A stretch of DNA of 48,994 nucleotides from Eledone cirrhosa (Eukaryota): positions 1-48,994 of the forward strand of contig CAXHJY010001011.1 in the NCBI GenBank assembly GCA_964016885.1, written 5' to 3'. The notes under the pieces are model-generated. The model was not told the origin of the DNA and did no database searches. It saw only the letters and a list, made by a program, of their open reading frames with translations. This document shows, piece by piece, positions 1-18,233 of this stretch (its first letter is position 1; every line of letters begins with the position of its first letter). Position numbers and translations under genes: made by a program.

Positions 1-55
1 GGGACTGGAGTATGCATAATATAAGATCAAAAGATGGTTAAAGGAGTTCCATATA

Positions 56-122
56 TTTTATTATGCGCATTTCAAAAACAAACATCATCAAGCAATAATA
101 TTTGTGTTTTCATCAGATAAAA
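56..122 (-). ncRNA. Type I hammerhead ribozyme (variant H1)
   Basis: Minus strand: TTTTAT-CTGATGA-[16-bp stem II, GCTT loop]-GAAA-TGCGCA-TA|ATAAAA. Intact core, AUA cleavage triplet. Confidence 0.85.
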
Positions 123-232
123 CAGGAGAACATGATATGAAGGCTAAAAAACACTTGTTGATAGTGCAGTTTTGTTGATTTAATACTGCACTATCAACAA
201 GTGTTTTTTAGCCTTCATATCATGTTCTCCTG

Positions 233-299
233 TTGTATCTGATGAAAACACAAATATTATTGCTTGATGATGTTTGTTTTTGAAATGCGCATAATAAAA
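233..299 (+). ncRNA. Type I hammerhead ribozyme (H1), one stem I mismatch
   Basis: TTGTAT-CTGATGA(239-245)-stem II-GAAA(282-285)-TGCGCA-TA|ATAAAA. Confidence 0.8.
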
Positions 300-335
300 T
301 ATATGGAACTCCTTTAACCATCTTTTGATCTTATA

Positions 336-1394
<1,059 letters not shown>

Positions 1395-1611
1395 CGTTAT
1401 TCCGGGTTGAATCGGAGGTAACCACAGTAAGTAAGGTACTCAATACATAGCAGAGTATAATAGTTTTAATATAGATGAGATTCTACAGGACTAGAACTGT
1501 TTCATTCATTAGAAATCATCAGGAATCACTGATGATTTCTAATGAATGATGATTTCTAATGAATGATGATTTCTAATGAATGAAACAGTTCTAGTCCTGT
1601 AGAATCTCATC

Positions 1612-1616
<5 letters not shown>
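1395..1616 (-). mobile_element. Short Penelope-like terminal module (family H2) with inverted end, inserted in (TA)n
   Basis: IR 1469-1521 / 1564-1616; three 17-bp tandem repeats TGATGATTTCTAATGAA; near-identical copy at 15646-15806; contains an HHR. Confidence 0.65.
1479..1527 (-). ncRNA. Compact type I hammerhead ribozyme (H2)
   Basis: Minus strand: GATTC-CTGATGA-TTTCTAATGAAT-GAAA-CAG[TTCTAGTC]CTG-TA|GAATC. GUA triplet; weak stem II with a basal U.U. Confidence 0.75.
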
Positions 1617-4862
<3,246 letters not shown>

Positions 4863-5409
4863 CCAACGGTTCCAATATATCTTTTTCTCAGTTATAAAAA
4901 CTATCTCTTTCTCTCTATCACCCATCTCTCCCTCTCCACCTTCACTCTCATCTCCTCCCCCCTTTTTTTTCATCCTTTCCACCCCCACCCCCTCCCTAAA
5001 GAAAATATTTTTCCTCGCACATATCCTCCCTTCGTTAATTTTCAAAATTTTTAATTTATACAGTATCTTCCAACGGTTTTCAACCTCTCTTTGTAAAAAA
5101 TATATCTCCTCTCAGTTATAAAAACGATCTCTTTCTCTCTATCACCCATCTCTCCCTCTCGTCTCCTCCCCTTTCATCCTTCCCCCCCCCCCTCTCTAAA
5201 TAAAATATTTTTCCCAATATCACACATCAATCTAAAACCATTTTTCATATGTTGATTTAAAACTGCACTATCCACAAGTGTATTTTAGCCTTCATATCAT
5301 GTTCTCCTGTTTTATCTGATGAAAACACAAATATTATTGCTTGATGATGTTTGTTTTTGAAATGCGCATAATAAAATATATGGAACTCCTTTAACCATCT
5401 TTTGATCTT

Positions 5410-5416
<7 letters not shown>
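4863..5416 (+). mobile_element. Longer copy of the H1 Penelope-like terminal module, with a pyrimidine-rich ~220-bp tandem duplication upstream of the HHR
   Basis: CTCAGTTATAAAAAC.ATCTCTTTCTCTCTATCACCCATCTCTCCCTCTC occurs at about 4886 and 5111; 5262-5416 matches 185-339; flanked by (TA)n on both sides. Confidence 0.65.
5310..5376 (+). ncRNA. Type I hammerhead ribozyme (H1), intact
   Basis: TTTTAT-CTGATGA(5316-22)-stem II-GAAA(5359-62)-TGCGCA-TA|ATAAAA; distal stem I GTTCT(5301)/GGAAC(5382). Confidence 0.85.
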
Positions 5417-7790
<2,374 letters not shown>

Positions 7791-7856
7791 CGCTTTTGTA
7801 ACATAAGATATCTCACTTACTCACGCTCTGTCTCCCTCTCTCCCCCTCTCTCTCTC

Positions 7857-7897
<41 letters not shown>

Positions 7898-7917
7898 TAC
7901 ACACAAATACATACATC

Positions 7918-8030
7918 AGGCGAATTGCCAGAATCGTTAGAACGTTAGAATGCTTTGCTGTGTTCGTTTTTCCGCCCTGAGTTCAAATACCGCCGAGGTT
8001 AACTTTTCCCTCCGAGTTCTGGAGTCGATT
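7918..8030 (+). mobile_element. Degraded tRNA-derived SINE (family A)
   Basis: GAGTTCAAATACCGCCGAGGTTAACTTT matches the other family A copies. Confidence 0.65.
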
Positions 8031-8234
8031 CTTATATAAGTCTTGCTTTCTTTCTCGCTCTTTCTTTTATTTTTAAAAGAAATTAGTTGAGTTCATGCCT
8101 AGCGCTGAGTGGACTCCTTTGAAAAAAACAAGAAATAGTAACAAGCCATTCATAAAGGACATGCACAATTTATGGAAATAATTATATGGAAAGACGTAAT
8201 AGATTATTCCGACTTGTTTTATATATATATATAT

Positions 8235-8433
8235 ATAGGAACCAGTAAGACCCCGACAGCTGAGCTCAAGCCGTTTCGACGGTTAATTCTGGACTGAGTC
8301 CAGAATTAACCGTCGAAACGGCTTGAGCTCAGCTGTCGGGGTCTTACTGGTTCCTATTACCCACTCTACTACCTCAAGTATTGAGTACTTTGGTGCGTTA
8401 TGGTCCACCTGGTTCCTTACCACATTTCCTTCG

Positions 8434-8436
<3 letters not shown>
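8235..8436 (+). mobile_element. Penelope-like terminal fragment with a perfect 61-bp-arm palindrome (8235-8357) and the 3' half of a hammerhead
   Basis: 1-nt loop at 8296; GAAA-CGGC[TTGAGCTCA]GCTG-TC with no CTGATGA upstream; tail GTATTGAGTAC shared with H2; flanked by (TA)n. Confidence 0.6.
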
Positions 8437-8469
<33 letters not shown>

Positions 8470-8505
8470 CTACATATATACATACTTGCATGTGTATATG
8501 TGTAA

Positions 8506-8543
<38 letters not shown>

Positions 8544-8589
8544 TCTATCTCTATCTCTCTCTATTTCTATCTCTCTCTATCTCTCTCTC

Positions 8590-8635
<46 letters not shown>

Positions 8636-8934
8636 TATCTCTCTCTCTCTCTGTCTCTCTGTATATATATATATATATGCATATATATATATATATATAT
8701 GGGATAACAAGTTATCGTTATAGGTAATATTATCGGCCTTTAGACTCACCTGATCAATGAAACAATTGTTAATACTTGAAATAAAATCCCTTGTTGTACT
8801 GCCGACCATGTTATTTTTCAATCTTTCACTATATATATATATATATATATATATAGTGAAAGATTGAACCTCCCAAATGCAAGTCGATTGAAAGGTATGT
8901 CGTATCTATTTATTTATAAGACTGTTTATATTGT

Positions 8935-8998
8935 ATTTTGTCTGAAGAAGGCATAACATATTGTTAATATGATATCCCTGAAATATATATGATGAAAT
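8935..8998 (+). ncRNA. Type I hammerhead motif (H3), probably inactive (G at cleavage site)
   Basis: ATTTTGT-CTGAAGA-AGG.C.ATAACATATT[GTT]AATATGATAT.C.CCT-GAAA-TATATA-TG-ATGAAAT; flanks homologous to the 41234 copy. Confidence 0.7.
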
Positions 8999-9036
8999 AA
9001 ATATGGTTTAATAAATATAGTTTCCATTTATTTAAT

Positions 9037-9089
<53 letters not shown>

Positions 9090-9151
9090 AGATTAATTAA
9101 TTTCGTTTATCTGCAGCACATAATATTAGATTCGATACAATGTGTATGTGA

Positions 9152-9203
<52 letters not shown>

Positions 9204-9292
9204 TATATATAATATATATATATATAATATAATATATATATATATAATATATATATATATATATAATATATATATATAATATATATATATAT

Positions 9293-9323
<31 letters not shown>

Positions 9324-9366
9324 ATATATATATATATATATAATATATATATATAATATATAATAT

Positions 9367-9398
<32 letters not shown>

Positions 9399-9559
9399 AT
9401 ATATATATATATATAATATATATATATAATATATATATAATATATATATATAATATTTATATATATATATAATATATATATATATAAAGATGGATTTTCC
9501 GAAGAGGAACGGAAGAGAACGACAGTTAAATACTTAATACATTAATAGAGGAAGTAGAT

Positions 9560-9608
9560 ATTTCCTGATGATTTTAAATAAACAAAACAATTTTAACCTC
9601 GTAGAAGT
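9560..9608 (+). ncRNA. Decayed H2-type hammerhead
   Basis: TTC-CTGATGA-TTTTAAATAAAC-AAAA-CAATTTTAACCTCG-TA-GAA is colinear with H2; GAAA mutated. Confidence 0.45.
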
Positions 9609-9867
9609 CGTTTCTATACGAAATAAATAAATGAATATATAGAGAGGTGTGTGTGTGTGTGAGTGAGAGAGAGACGACTTTCATTAGCCAAAGCATCAGA
9701 TTACTCGGAAAAACCAACATAGTTAAAGTTGCCATGCAGTTGTTAGTTTATTTTTAGAACCAATAAGCTATATTTTAGCCTTCTAAAAATAGCCTTCAAT
9801 AATCTCCAGATCTGTCATACTGTACAGTTCGTAAGTCTTTCATATTGGAAACCTGTAAACTCATCTC

Positions 9868-9870
<3 letters not shown>

Positions 9871-9965
<95 letters not shown>

Positions 9966-9974
9966 ATATATATG

Positions 9975-10057
<83 letters not shown>

Positions 10058-10058
10058 G

Positions 10059-10092
<34 letters not shown>

Positions 10093-10207
10093 TGTATATA
10101 TATACATATATATATATATGTATATATATACATATATATATATATGTATATATACATATATATACATATATATACATATATATATATACATATATATATA
10201 TACATTA

Positions 10208-10239
<32 letters not shown>

Positions 10240-10625
10240 CATATATATACATATATATATACATATATATATACATATATATATATACATATATATACAT
10301 ATATATATACATATATATATACATATACATATATATATATACATATATATATATATACATATATATACATATACATATATATATACATATATATACATAT
10401 ACATATATATATACATATATATATACATATATATACATATACATATATATATACATATATATATACATATATATACATATACATATATATATACATATAT
10501 ATACATATACATATATATATACATATATATATGTATATATATATGTATAAATATATATACATATATATATACATATATATATATATGTATATATATATGT
10601 ATATATATATATGTATATATATATG

Positions 10626-10665
<40 letters not shown>

Positions 10666-10680
10666 TGTATACATATATGT

Positions 10681-10717
<37 letters not shown>

Positions 10718-10720
10718 ATA
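9871..10720. repeat. (TA)n array with TG/CA polarity switches
   Basis: Direct reading. Confidence 0.95.
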
Positions 10721-10765
10721 TTCAAAATATTAACAAATGAGAAATATTATCATAACCAAAGTATA

Positions 10766-10828
10766 TATTTTATTATACATATTTCAAAGGTACAATGGTG
10801 TTTCCGTACGTTTTCATCAGATGAAATA
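10766..10828 (-). ncRNA. Type I hammerhead ribozyme (H3 variant) in a ~420-bp module (10721-11138) flanked by (TA)n
   Basis: Minus strand: TATTTCAT-CTGATGA-AAA.C.GTACG[GAAACACCAT]TGTAC.C.TTT-GAAA-TATGTA-TA|ATAAAATA. Confidence 0.8.
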
Positions 10829-11135
10829 TATAAGAGATTGGATATGCGACATACCGCTAAGGTACTTGAATCTTCAATTCCTGTATATCCAGGTGGTGTA
10901 ACGTGAAGTTACTGTAGGTTCACCCAGGTGAGCGCTCGATGTTTTGGTTCACGTCGGTGGCGAGGTGTAGAGTTAAACAAAGTGTAATATAATAATGCAA
11001 GGACGATTTGTTAAGCCTTCATTAAGTTTATTGATTGGTGACGCGCGTTTCGCTATTGATCAGCTGAAGGTTCAATCTGTATCGATCTGGCCGGACTCTC
11101 AAATCAAAAGATCGTCGGACCTCTGCTGTTGTAAT

Positions 11136-11180
<45 letters not shown>

Positions 11181-11182
<2 letters not shown>

Positions 11183-11375
11183 TTCTAATTTAGGCTTAAG
11201 GCCAGCAATTTCATGTGTAGGCGAAAGTCGATTATATCGAAACCAGTGCTGGACTGGTAATTCAATTTATCGACCCCGCAAGGATGGAAGGTAAAGTTGG
11301 TCTTAGCATATAAAGAGACGAAATACACATTGTAAAACATTTGTTACGGCACTCTAATGATTCTGCCAATTTCCC
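11181..11375 (-). mobile_element. tRNA-derived SINE family A, degraded
   Basis: Reverse complement of the CCTTCCATCCTTGCGGGGTCGATAAA core and ATTGCTGGCCTT tail. Confidence 0.75.
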
Positions 11376-11980
11376 ATTGAATTTCTTTCATGTATTGAAG
11401 CATCTCATCCACCTTTTAGATAATCTGTAACAAATTGTCTTCATTGACCCAACAAGAGAGTCTCTACGTGGTTTCTTCATATACTAAAAATAACAGCCAC
11501 GTATCCTCCTTATTGGATTATCAAATGGACAATGCAGTACTAAATATACTCTGTCTAAAAAATGTCTGCTGATCTCAGCCTTAACATGAAGGAGGTTACA
11601 AAAGAATTTCTATGTAGCTAGTCGATTTACTAGAAATATCTAGATCTCCCTCAAATGACACTCTGGCACAGTCATAATGCTGTATAATGTACTTGAAGGT
11701 ACATTATGCCTGCGAAAAAGACAGAATGCTTCACAAGTGGAGAGGCACTGAACCAAATTTATCTCGAGTAGGGCTAATTTGACCCTAAATATCATCAGCA
11801 ACAAACGTAATAGATATGGCCACCATAGTCATCCTTTCAGTGTTGAGAACCACACGGATTTTGATGAAATAAATGCCTTTCACTTAATGATGGTAGAATT
11901 TCTGTTGCAAAAACTGTAATCACCTCATCAATTGTTTCATTTGATAGGAAGATTCCACAACGAAGTGTTGCCAAACATTT

Positions 11981-12170
11981 GGTGGATTGGCAGTATCGTT
12001 AGAGGGTCGGACGCCATGCTTTGCAGCAATGAGATACGGGCCTTTACAATCTGAGTTCAAATCCCGCTGAGGTTAACTTTGCCTTTCATCCTCACGGGGT
12101 CGATAAAATAAAGTACCAGTAATGCACTGTGATAATTGCTGGCCTTGAGCCAAAAGTAGAAACAATTATT
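11981..12170 (+). mobile_element. tRNA-derived SINE family A, full length
   Basis: A-box-like TGGCAGTATCGTT, B-box GAGTTCAAATCC, core GCCTTTCATCC..GGGGTCGATAAAATAAAGTACCAG, (ATT)n tail. Confidence 0.9.
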
Positions 12171-12856
12171 ATAATATTGGTCGTTCAAAACAATTACGGA
12201 CTGTAAATTCTCTAATACCCCCCCCCCTCTCCCCCAAAAATAAAGTCTATAAATTTCCCAAACGACAAATTCTCTAAAAAAAAAAATATCCCAGACGAAA
12301 AATTCTCTAAAAATCCCAGACACCATAAGTTCTAGTAGAAGCAACAGACGTTAGAAGTAAGATAATTGAAGAAACGATATTATTAATACAGTCGCTTGCA
12401 ATGTTATTTCTAATTTAAAAACTTGTGTAGAGTATATGATACAAGAAGAAGAAATAGAAGTATTGATTGATTTAAGATATTTTGATGGCTTCGTTTTAAT
12501 ATTTACTGTTATGCGGCGAATTAGAAAACGGCTACATATTTGACTAAATCTATAATACATAATGTGACACACACCTATATATATATAAATAGAGTATATC
12601 TATGGATATATATATATATATATATATTAATTAAAATAACAGACTAATCTGTTAATTTAATAAATATTTGCTCTACGGTTCTTATATATTTGATATATAT
12701 TTATCCTTATCGAGCCCTCTTTGGATTTTAGTCTTCCAATTTATTATTATTACTATATATATATATATATATATCCATAGATATATTCGATTTATATATA
12801 TGTATAGGTGTGTCTGTGTGTGTTACATTATGTATTATCTCTTGTCTCTTATGACA

Positions 12857-13228
12857 CTAAACTCTGCCAGTTGCAGACTGCGCATTAACATGTGATATCT
12901 CTCTCCACAAAGTTCGATCCCCAGCAGCAGAGTTCACAGAGCAAAGATGAAGTCCAGTCCATAAGTTGACATTGTCAAGCCATTGTTTTGGCTGTCGGCC
13001 TCTGCTTTTCTTACCAGCCAACCTTCCTTCCAGACATAACCTACTCACACCACGAGTTGATCTTTTTATATGACTGTATAGTTTGAGCACTCTTGACTTG
13101 ACAATTGATGTAATTAGTCTAAGTTTGGTAATGTTTGGTAATCACTGATACAGATACGGTCGCTGAGCCGCTTGCCAGTCATAAGTCTCATGATGTGGTT
13201 CTGGAATGTAGAGAGCTTCTGAAGTGAC
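12857..13228 (-). mobile_element. RTE-clade LINE ORF2 C-terminal remnant
   Basis: LKLYSHIKR..CLEGRLAGKKSRGRQPKQWLDNV..AAGDRTLWR is the typical RTE post-RT motif. Confidence 0.8.
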
Positions 13229-13479
13229 CTTGTCGTCCAATTAACACTGTCTTTTATGTATTATAGAGTTAGTCAAATATATAGCCATTTTCTAATTCGT
13301 CGCATAACAGTAAATATTAAAACACGAGTATTTTCCTATACCTTAAAATTGATCAATATTCGTGATCTTGCCACCCTCTCAAATACCTTAATGATATGAG
13401 AGGTGAGTGAAATCAGACGGTAATTTAATGCAAGTGACTTATTTCCATTTTAGAAAACTGGGACAGAAATTTTTGAGGT

Positions 13480-13890
13480 ATATAGCCAGCGTCCAATGAC
13501 CAATGAGTTCCTCCTCAGATTAGCAGGGAACCTATCGAGGCCTACTGCTAAATTGTGTTAATTTCGTTTATTGCTCGCTAAGACATCAGGGGCGCCAAAT
13601 GTTATGTCCGATATAGTGTGTTGGGGATTAACATAAATGATACAGCCTAGATCAGCCATATCAGGATTGCTGAAAACAGTGTAGTATTGTTTCTGCAGTA
13701 TCTCACCCGTGGTTTTAGCATTGTCTTGGAGAATGCCATTTTCATCAACTAGAGGGCCAACAGTGGAGATAGTGTCCTTGTGACTTTTCGCAAATGAAAA
13801 GAACACTTTCAGATTGAGTTTGATTTTCTCAATGACCCATTTCTCCACAGCTGTTCTTTGGTTATTGATGATGGTCTTCGTGCAGTGTTG
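13480..13890 (-). mobile_element. CR1/L2/Jockey-like LINE fragment (linker between endonuclease and RT)
   Basis: IKLNLKVFFSFAKS..TVGPLVDENG..GEILQKQYYTVFS. Confidence 0.7.
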
Positions 13891-14027
13891 GAGATTATAT
13901 ATAAATATATATTTTTTTTATTCGAACAGTGCGATAGCATTCGAATGTATGTTTTGTTGTTAGCAGTATTTTAGTTTGTTCCTTTTATTTTTCTGATAAT
14001 TGTTTTTGTTTTGGGGGATTCTGCACT

Positions 14028-14031
<4 letters not shown>

Positions 14032-14077
<46 letters not shown>

Positions 14078-14088
14078 ATATATATATG

Positions 14089-14155
<67 letters not shown>

Positions 14156-14253
14156 GTATATATATACATATATACATATATATATACACATATATATATA
14201 CATATATATATATACATATATATATACATATATATATACATATATATATATAC

Positions 14254-14286
<33 letters not shown>

Positions 14287-14366
14287 CACATATATATATA
14301 CATATATATATACACATATATATACATATATATATACATATATATACACACATATATATATACATA
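14032..14366. repeat. (TA)n array, TG half followed by CA half
   Basis: Direct reading. Confidence 0.95.
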
Positions 14367-14570
14367 GGGGGTAAAGCGTCATGCATTTAGTTTTACCGAT
14401 TATTTCCGTAATTGTGGGTGAATTTGAATGACATAAATAGTTGTTGACCTAAGTTAGACCATTTACAACATCCTTACAGACTTTGAGTCGAATCGGTTTG
14501 AAATTGTGCAAATGTATAGACATGGAACATGCACACACACACACAACAACAATCTGCCTTTTATAGATAA

Positions 14571-14637
<67 letters not shown>

Positions 14638-14642
<5 letters not shown>

Positions 14643-14699
14643 AAACAACGTTGTCAGAACAGATATATATATATCTGTTCTGACAATGTTGTTTCTTTA
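14638..14699. repeat. Palindrome centred on a short (TA)n
   Basis: TAAAGAAACAACGTTGTCAGAACAG-(AT)6-CTGTTCTGACAATGTTGTTTCTTTA, one mismatch. Confidence 0.85.
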
Positions 14700-14714
14700 A
14701 ATGTCTCATTAAAT

Positions 14715-14812
14715 GAGGTTGACTTTGCCTTTCATCCTTACGGGGTCGATAAAATAAAGTACCAGTGAGGCACTGGGTAGTTGCTGGCCTTGTGCCTAAA
14801 GTAGAAATAATT
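14715..14812 (+). mobile_element. SINE family A, 3' half
   Basis: Core plus tail match. Confidence 0.85.
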
Positions 14813-15402
14813 AAATGAGTTTAACTTGATGACTTGGCCAATATCCCCAGTATCACCACAAGAACCCACAAAACCACCATCGTCTCCACACTCTCATTCC
14901 TTCTGACATGTAGAATGTTCCGATCTCCTCCCCCACCACGACATCTATTAAAGGCGCTGCAACACGGTCAGATCTTGATCTCTACATCTCAAATGACTGG
15001 CCTAATCACTAACTTCTGCTCAAACACGTTATTTTAACCATAAGGCAAACAAACAAACAACTCATCCACTCACTAAGCCATTGCTGTTCGAATTTGTCAC
15101 ATCTGCTGCTTCTATTGCTGCTGCCTCTGTTGCTGTTGTTAGTATACAACACCATCACTATCAGTAGCAGCAGTTGTTTCTTGTCTCTTTTGTTTCTGTA
15201 TGTCCTTCTGTGTGCCACTATGTTGCTACTGTTATTGTGGTTGCTTGCTATCGCTGCTACGTTATGACATATTCCAATAGAAATTCTCGATTGTCTGGTT
15301 GTTCTTATCTTACTAACTCGTCTCAAAGATTGTTCTTATGTATTCATAGGGCGACGTGGTCTTTGATTTTGTGATTAGCCACATGTATATATGATGATGA
15401 GG

Positions 15403-15525
<123 letters not shown>

Positions 15526-15577
15526 CATACATACATAGTGTATATATATATACTCCAGTGTTGTTGTTTTTTACTTT

Positions 15578-15625
<48 letters not shown>

Positions 15626-15645
15626 CAGACAGAGTGTATATATAT

Positions 15646-15799
15646 ATCGGAGGTAACCACAGTAAGTAAGGTACTCAATACATTGCAGAGTATAAAAGTT
15701 TTAATATAGATGAGATTCTACAGGACTAGAACTGTTTCATTCTTTAGAAATCATGATGATTTCTAAAGAATGAAACAGTTCTAGTCCTGTAGAATCTCA

Positions 15800-15806
<7 letters not shown>
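15646..15806 (-). mobile_element. Second H2 Penelope-like module; perfect IR 15704-15806 folding back at the HHR core
   Basis: Near-identical to 1411-1616; the CTGATGA C and stem I are lost at the fold-back centre (15755). Confidence 0.7.
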
Positions 15807-15854
<48 letters not shown>

Positions 15855-16073
15855 GAAAGTAAAAAAACAACACTGGAGTATATATATACTGTATGTATGT
15901 ATGTATGTATATACTGAGTGTATGTATGTATGTATATATATATATATATAGGGGAAAGTAAAAAACAACAACACTGGAGTATATATATATACACACTATG
16001 TATGTATATATATATATAGGAAAGTAAAAAACAACAACACTGGAGTATATATACTCACGTATATTTATGTATA

Positions 16074-16115
<42 letters not shown>

Positions 16116-16118
<3 letters not shown>

Positions 16119-16750
16119 TCATCATCATCATCGTTTAACGTCCATCTTCCACGCTAGCATGGGTTTGGACGGTAATTTTCCCACTTGAGGCAAGATTGGT
16201 TGTCTTGCTCGTATAGGACTGTCTGGCGGGTTTTCTACGGCTGGATGCCCTTCCTAAGACCAACCACGTTTACAGTGTGGACTGGGAGGTTTTTACCGTG
16301 TTACCTACACGGCCACATTACAGCGTGGACTGTGTTTTTTTGTCGTGACACCTACACGACCTCATTTATTTAGGACTGGATGTTGTGGTACCAACATAAC
16401 TTTACATCGGAAAGGGGTGGTGTGGATGGGGTGGGGGTAGTGGGACGGGGGTGTATTTTGGTAAGAGATGCCTACTGACTGTAGGTTTCGCTTTGTACTT
16501 AGGCAAGGCGGGTCTTCTGTATTACTGTGTAGCGCCAAAGATCTCGGTCCAGTGACATTGTCTTGGAGAGGTGTAAGTGTGTGATGTCGGAATTTATCAA
16601 GTCGTCCCAGTTTTTTCTGGGTCTGCCTACTCCGTGGCTACCGTCTATTTTGATCGCCCTGCACTTTTTTATACAGCTGTCGTCTTTCATGCGCATCACG
16701 TGACCATACCAACGTAGTCTTCTCTCGAGTAAACAGCATCTGATCCCTCA
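16116..16750 (-). mobile_element. RTE LINE 3' end (ORF2 C-terminus, 3'UTR, (GAT)n tail)
   Basis: RRLRWYGHVMRMKDDSCIKKC..GVGRPRKNWDDLINSD..DRDLWR; ends CGTTAAACGATGATGATG. Confidence 0.85.
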
Positions 16751-16838
16751 TATATATACATACATACATACATGTATGTGTGTGTGTGCTTGGTTTGCGG
16801 CTTCCTCTCCCCCCTCCCCACGCACATATATGTGTATA

Positions 16839-17036
16839 CGAGGGTCGACTGAAAGGTTCATAGGGTGACCAAGATACTCTCATGGAATGACCAAATGAAG
16901 TTTATTTTTCAAAACAGACCTTGGAAAGAAAGAATGCAGTTATTAATAAGAAGAGCTGAAATTAATGCATGCAAGATTTCACAGCGCTAGCATTACTCCT
17001 TCATAGTCAGCCAATGAACTTTTCAGCCAACCCTCG
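16839..17036. mobile_element. Mariner-type MITE
   Basis: TIRs CGAGGGTCGACTGAAAGGTTCAT / ATGAACTTTTCAGCCAACCCTCG with TA on both sides. Confidence 0.8.
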
Positions 17037-17329
17037 TATATATGTGTCTTTGTTGTCAAAGGCGCTCCATCTGTGACTAACCCTTTTTATTTTATAGACG
17101 ATACGTCTCTGTCTACAGTGTCGAATGTATCCTTCACTCACCCCCAATACCACTCATTTTTGAAGAGTCTAGGTTGCGATATTCGAAAACCATATAAAAC
17201 AGTGTTTCATAAAGTATTCTGAACTACCGTTTGCCATCAGCACCTTTTCCGTGCATGGCCCTGTCAGTCCTAAGGAGTCGTAGGGGCGCTTTTTAAAACC
17301 TTGCTGAGCCCAGTTCTGAAAACAGCAGA

Positions 17330-17745
17330 TTTCTTCCAGAGAGGGATTGAGATTGGGAGAATGTGAGGAACAATCGACCCCAGTACTAGACTGGTACTTT
17401 TTTTATTGACCTTGAATTGAACTCAGCAAGCCAAAACGAACACCGCAAAGCAATCTATCTGACGTTCTAACGACTCTGTCAGTCGCCACAGCTTTCTGTT
17501 GGTTAAATCTGATATATTGAAAATTTACACTTTAGTAGACTTTTAAAGCTTTTTTTTTTGTATAACTACACGCTAAAGTATCTAAAATTACTTAATTTAT
17601 TAGTATGAAATATGAGTCCGATTTTTCAACACCGAGCTCAATAATATTGTTTCTACTTTTGGCACAAGGCCAGCAATTACCCAATGCATTACTGGTATTT
17701 TATTCTATCGAGCCCGGAAGGATGAAAGGCAAAGTTAAACTCGAG
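17330..17745 (-). mobile_element. Two degraded SINE family A fragments
   Basis: Reverse complement tail and core at about 17370-17490 and 17641-17745. Confidence 0.6.
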
Positions 17746-17759
17746 CTCAATAATATTAG

Positions 17760-18039
17760 TAAGTCTAAAGTCTGTCTTAAGCCAGAAGGCTCATTTGGCC
17801 GCTGCTTATCCCGGTTTCATGGCGTGAAGCGACTGAGAGTACAAGACTCCCCCCTGGACAGGACACCAGTCCATCGCAGGGTTAAACCTCCAGCTATTGC
17901 TGGTACTCTTTTTCAGCTGAGTATACTGGAGCAACGTGAAATAAAGTGTTTTGCTCAAGAACACAACACGCAACTCAGGAATCGAACCCACGACAGTATG
18001 ATCGTAAGTCCAACACCCTTACCACAAGGCCACGTTCCT
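17760..18039 (-). mobile_element. tRNA-derived CORE-type SINE (family B)
   Basis: Minus strand: GTGGCCTTGTGGTAAGGGTGTTGGACT..GGTTCGATTCC..GTGTTCTTGAGCAAAACACTTTATTTCACGTTGCTCCAGT. Confidence 0.85.
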
Positions 18040-18162
18040 AACAGTATCTATATATTGTTTGTTTGAAGTTAGTTTCTTCTTTTTGTCAATTTATCTGTAA
18101 TGGCAGTAAATACACGTTCAACTAAATATATCAATGGAAACGCAGTTAGGAACGTTTCCATA

Positions 18163-18233
18163 TTCTGATTACTGCATAAATTAATACAACTATATCCTAC
18201 ATATAGTTGTATTAATTTATGCAGTAATCAGAA
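18163..18233. repeat. Perfect 33-bp-arm hairpin at the truncated 3' end of the hAT transposase
   Basis: 18163-18195 / 18201-18233, loop CCTAC. Confidence 0.9.

Larger units (their letters stand above)
16..339. repeat. 155-bp-arm inverted repeat (16-170 / 185-339, 14-nt loop) of a Penelope-like terminal module carrying two opposed hammerheads
   Basis: Arms are reverse complements with one mismatch. A third direct copy of the right arm lies at about 5262-5416. Abuts a (TA)n array. Confidence 0.9.

Noticed and set aside
8750-8775. Hammerhead-like CTGATCA..GAAA-CAATTG-TT
   Set aside because: Core mutated, no stem II and no stem I pairing.
11981-12070. tRNA gene (A/B boxes)
   Set aside because: Head of a multi-copy SINE with no full cloverleaf; the same holds for all copies.
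14390-14570. Helitron/DINE-like non-autonomous fragment (also 21633-21780) and a TTAA-CCC piggyBac-like start at 28237
   Set aside because: Only vague resemblance; both termini could not be defined from this window.
15009-15374. Short ORFs in a CTG/TTG-rich stretch
   Set aside because: Low complexity with no recognisable domain.
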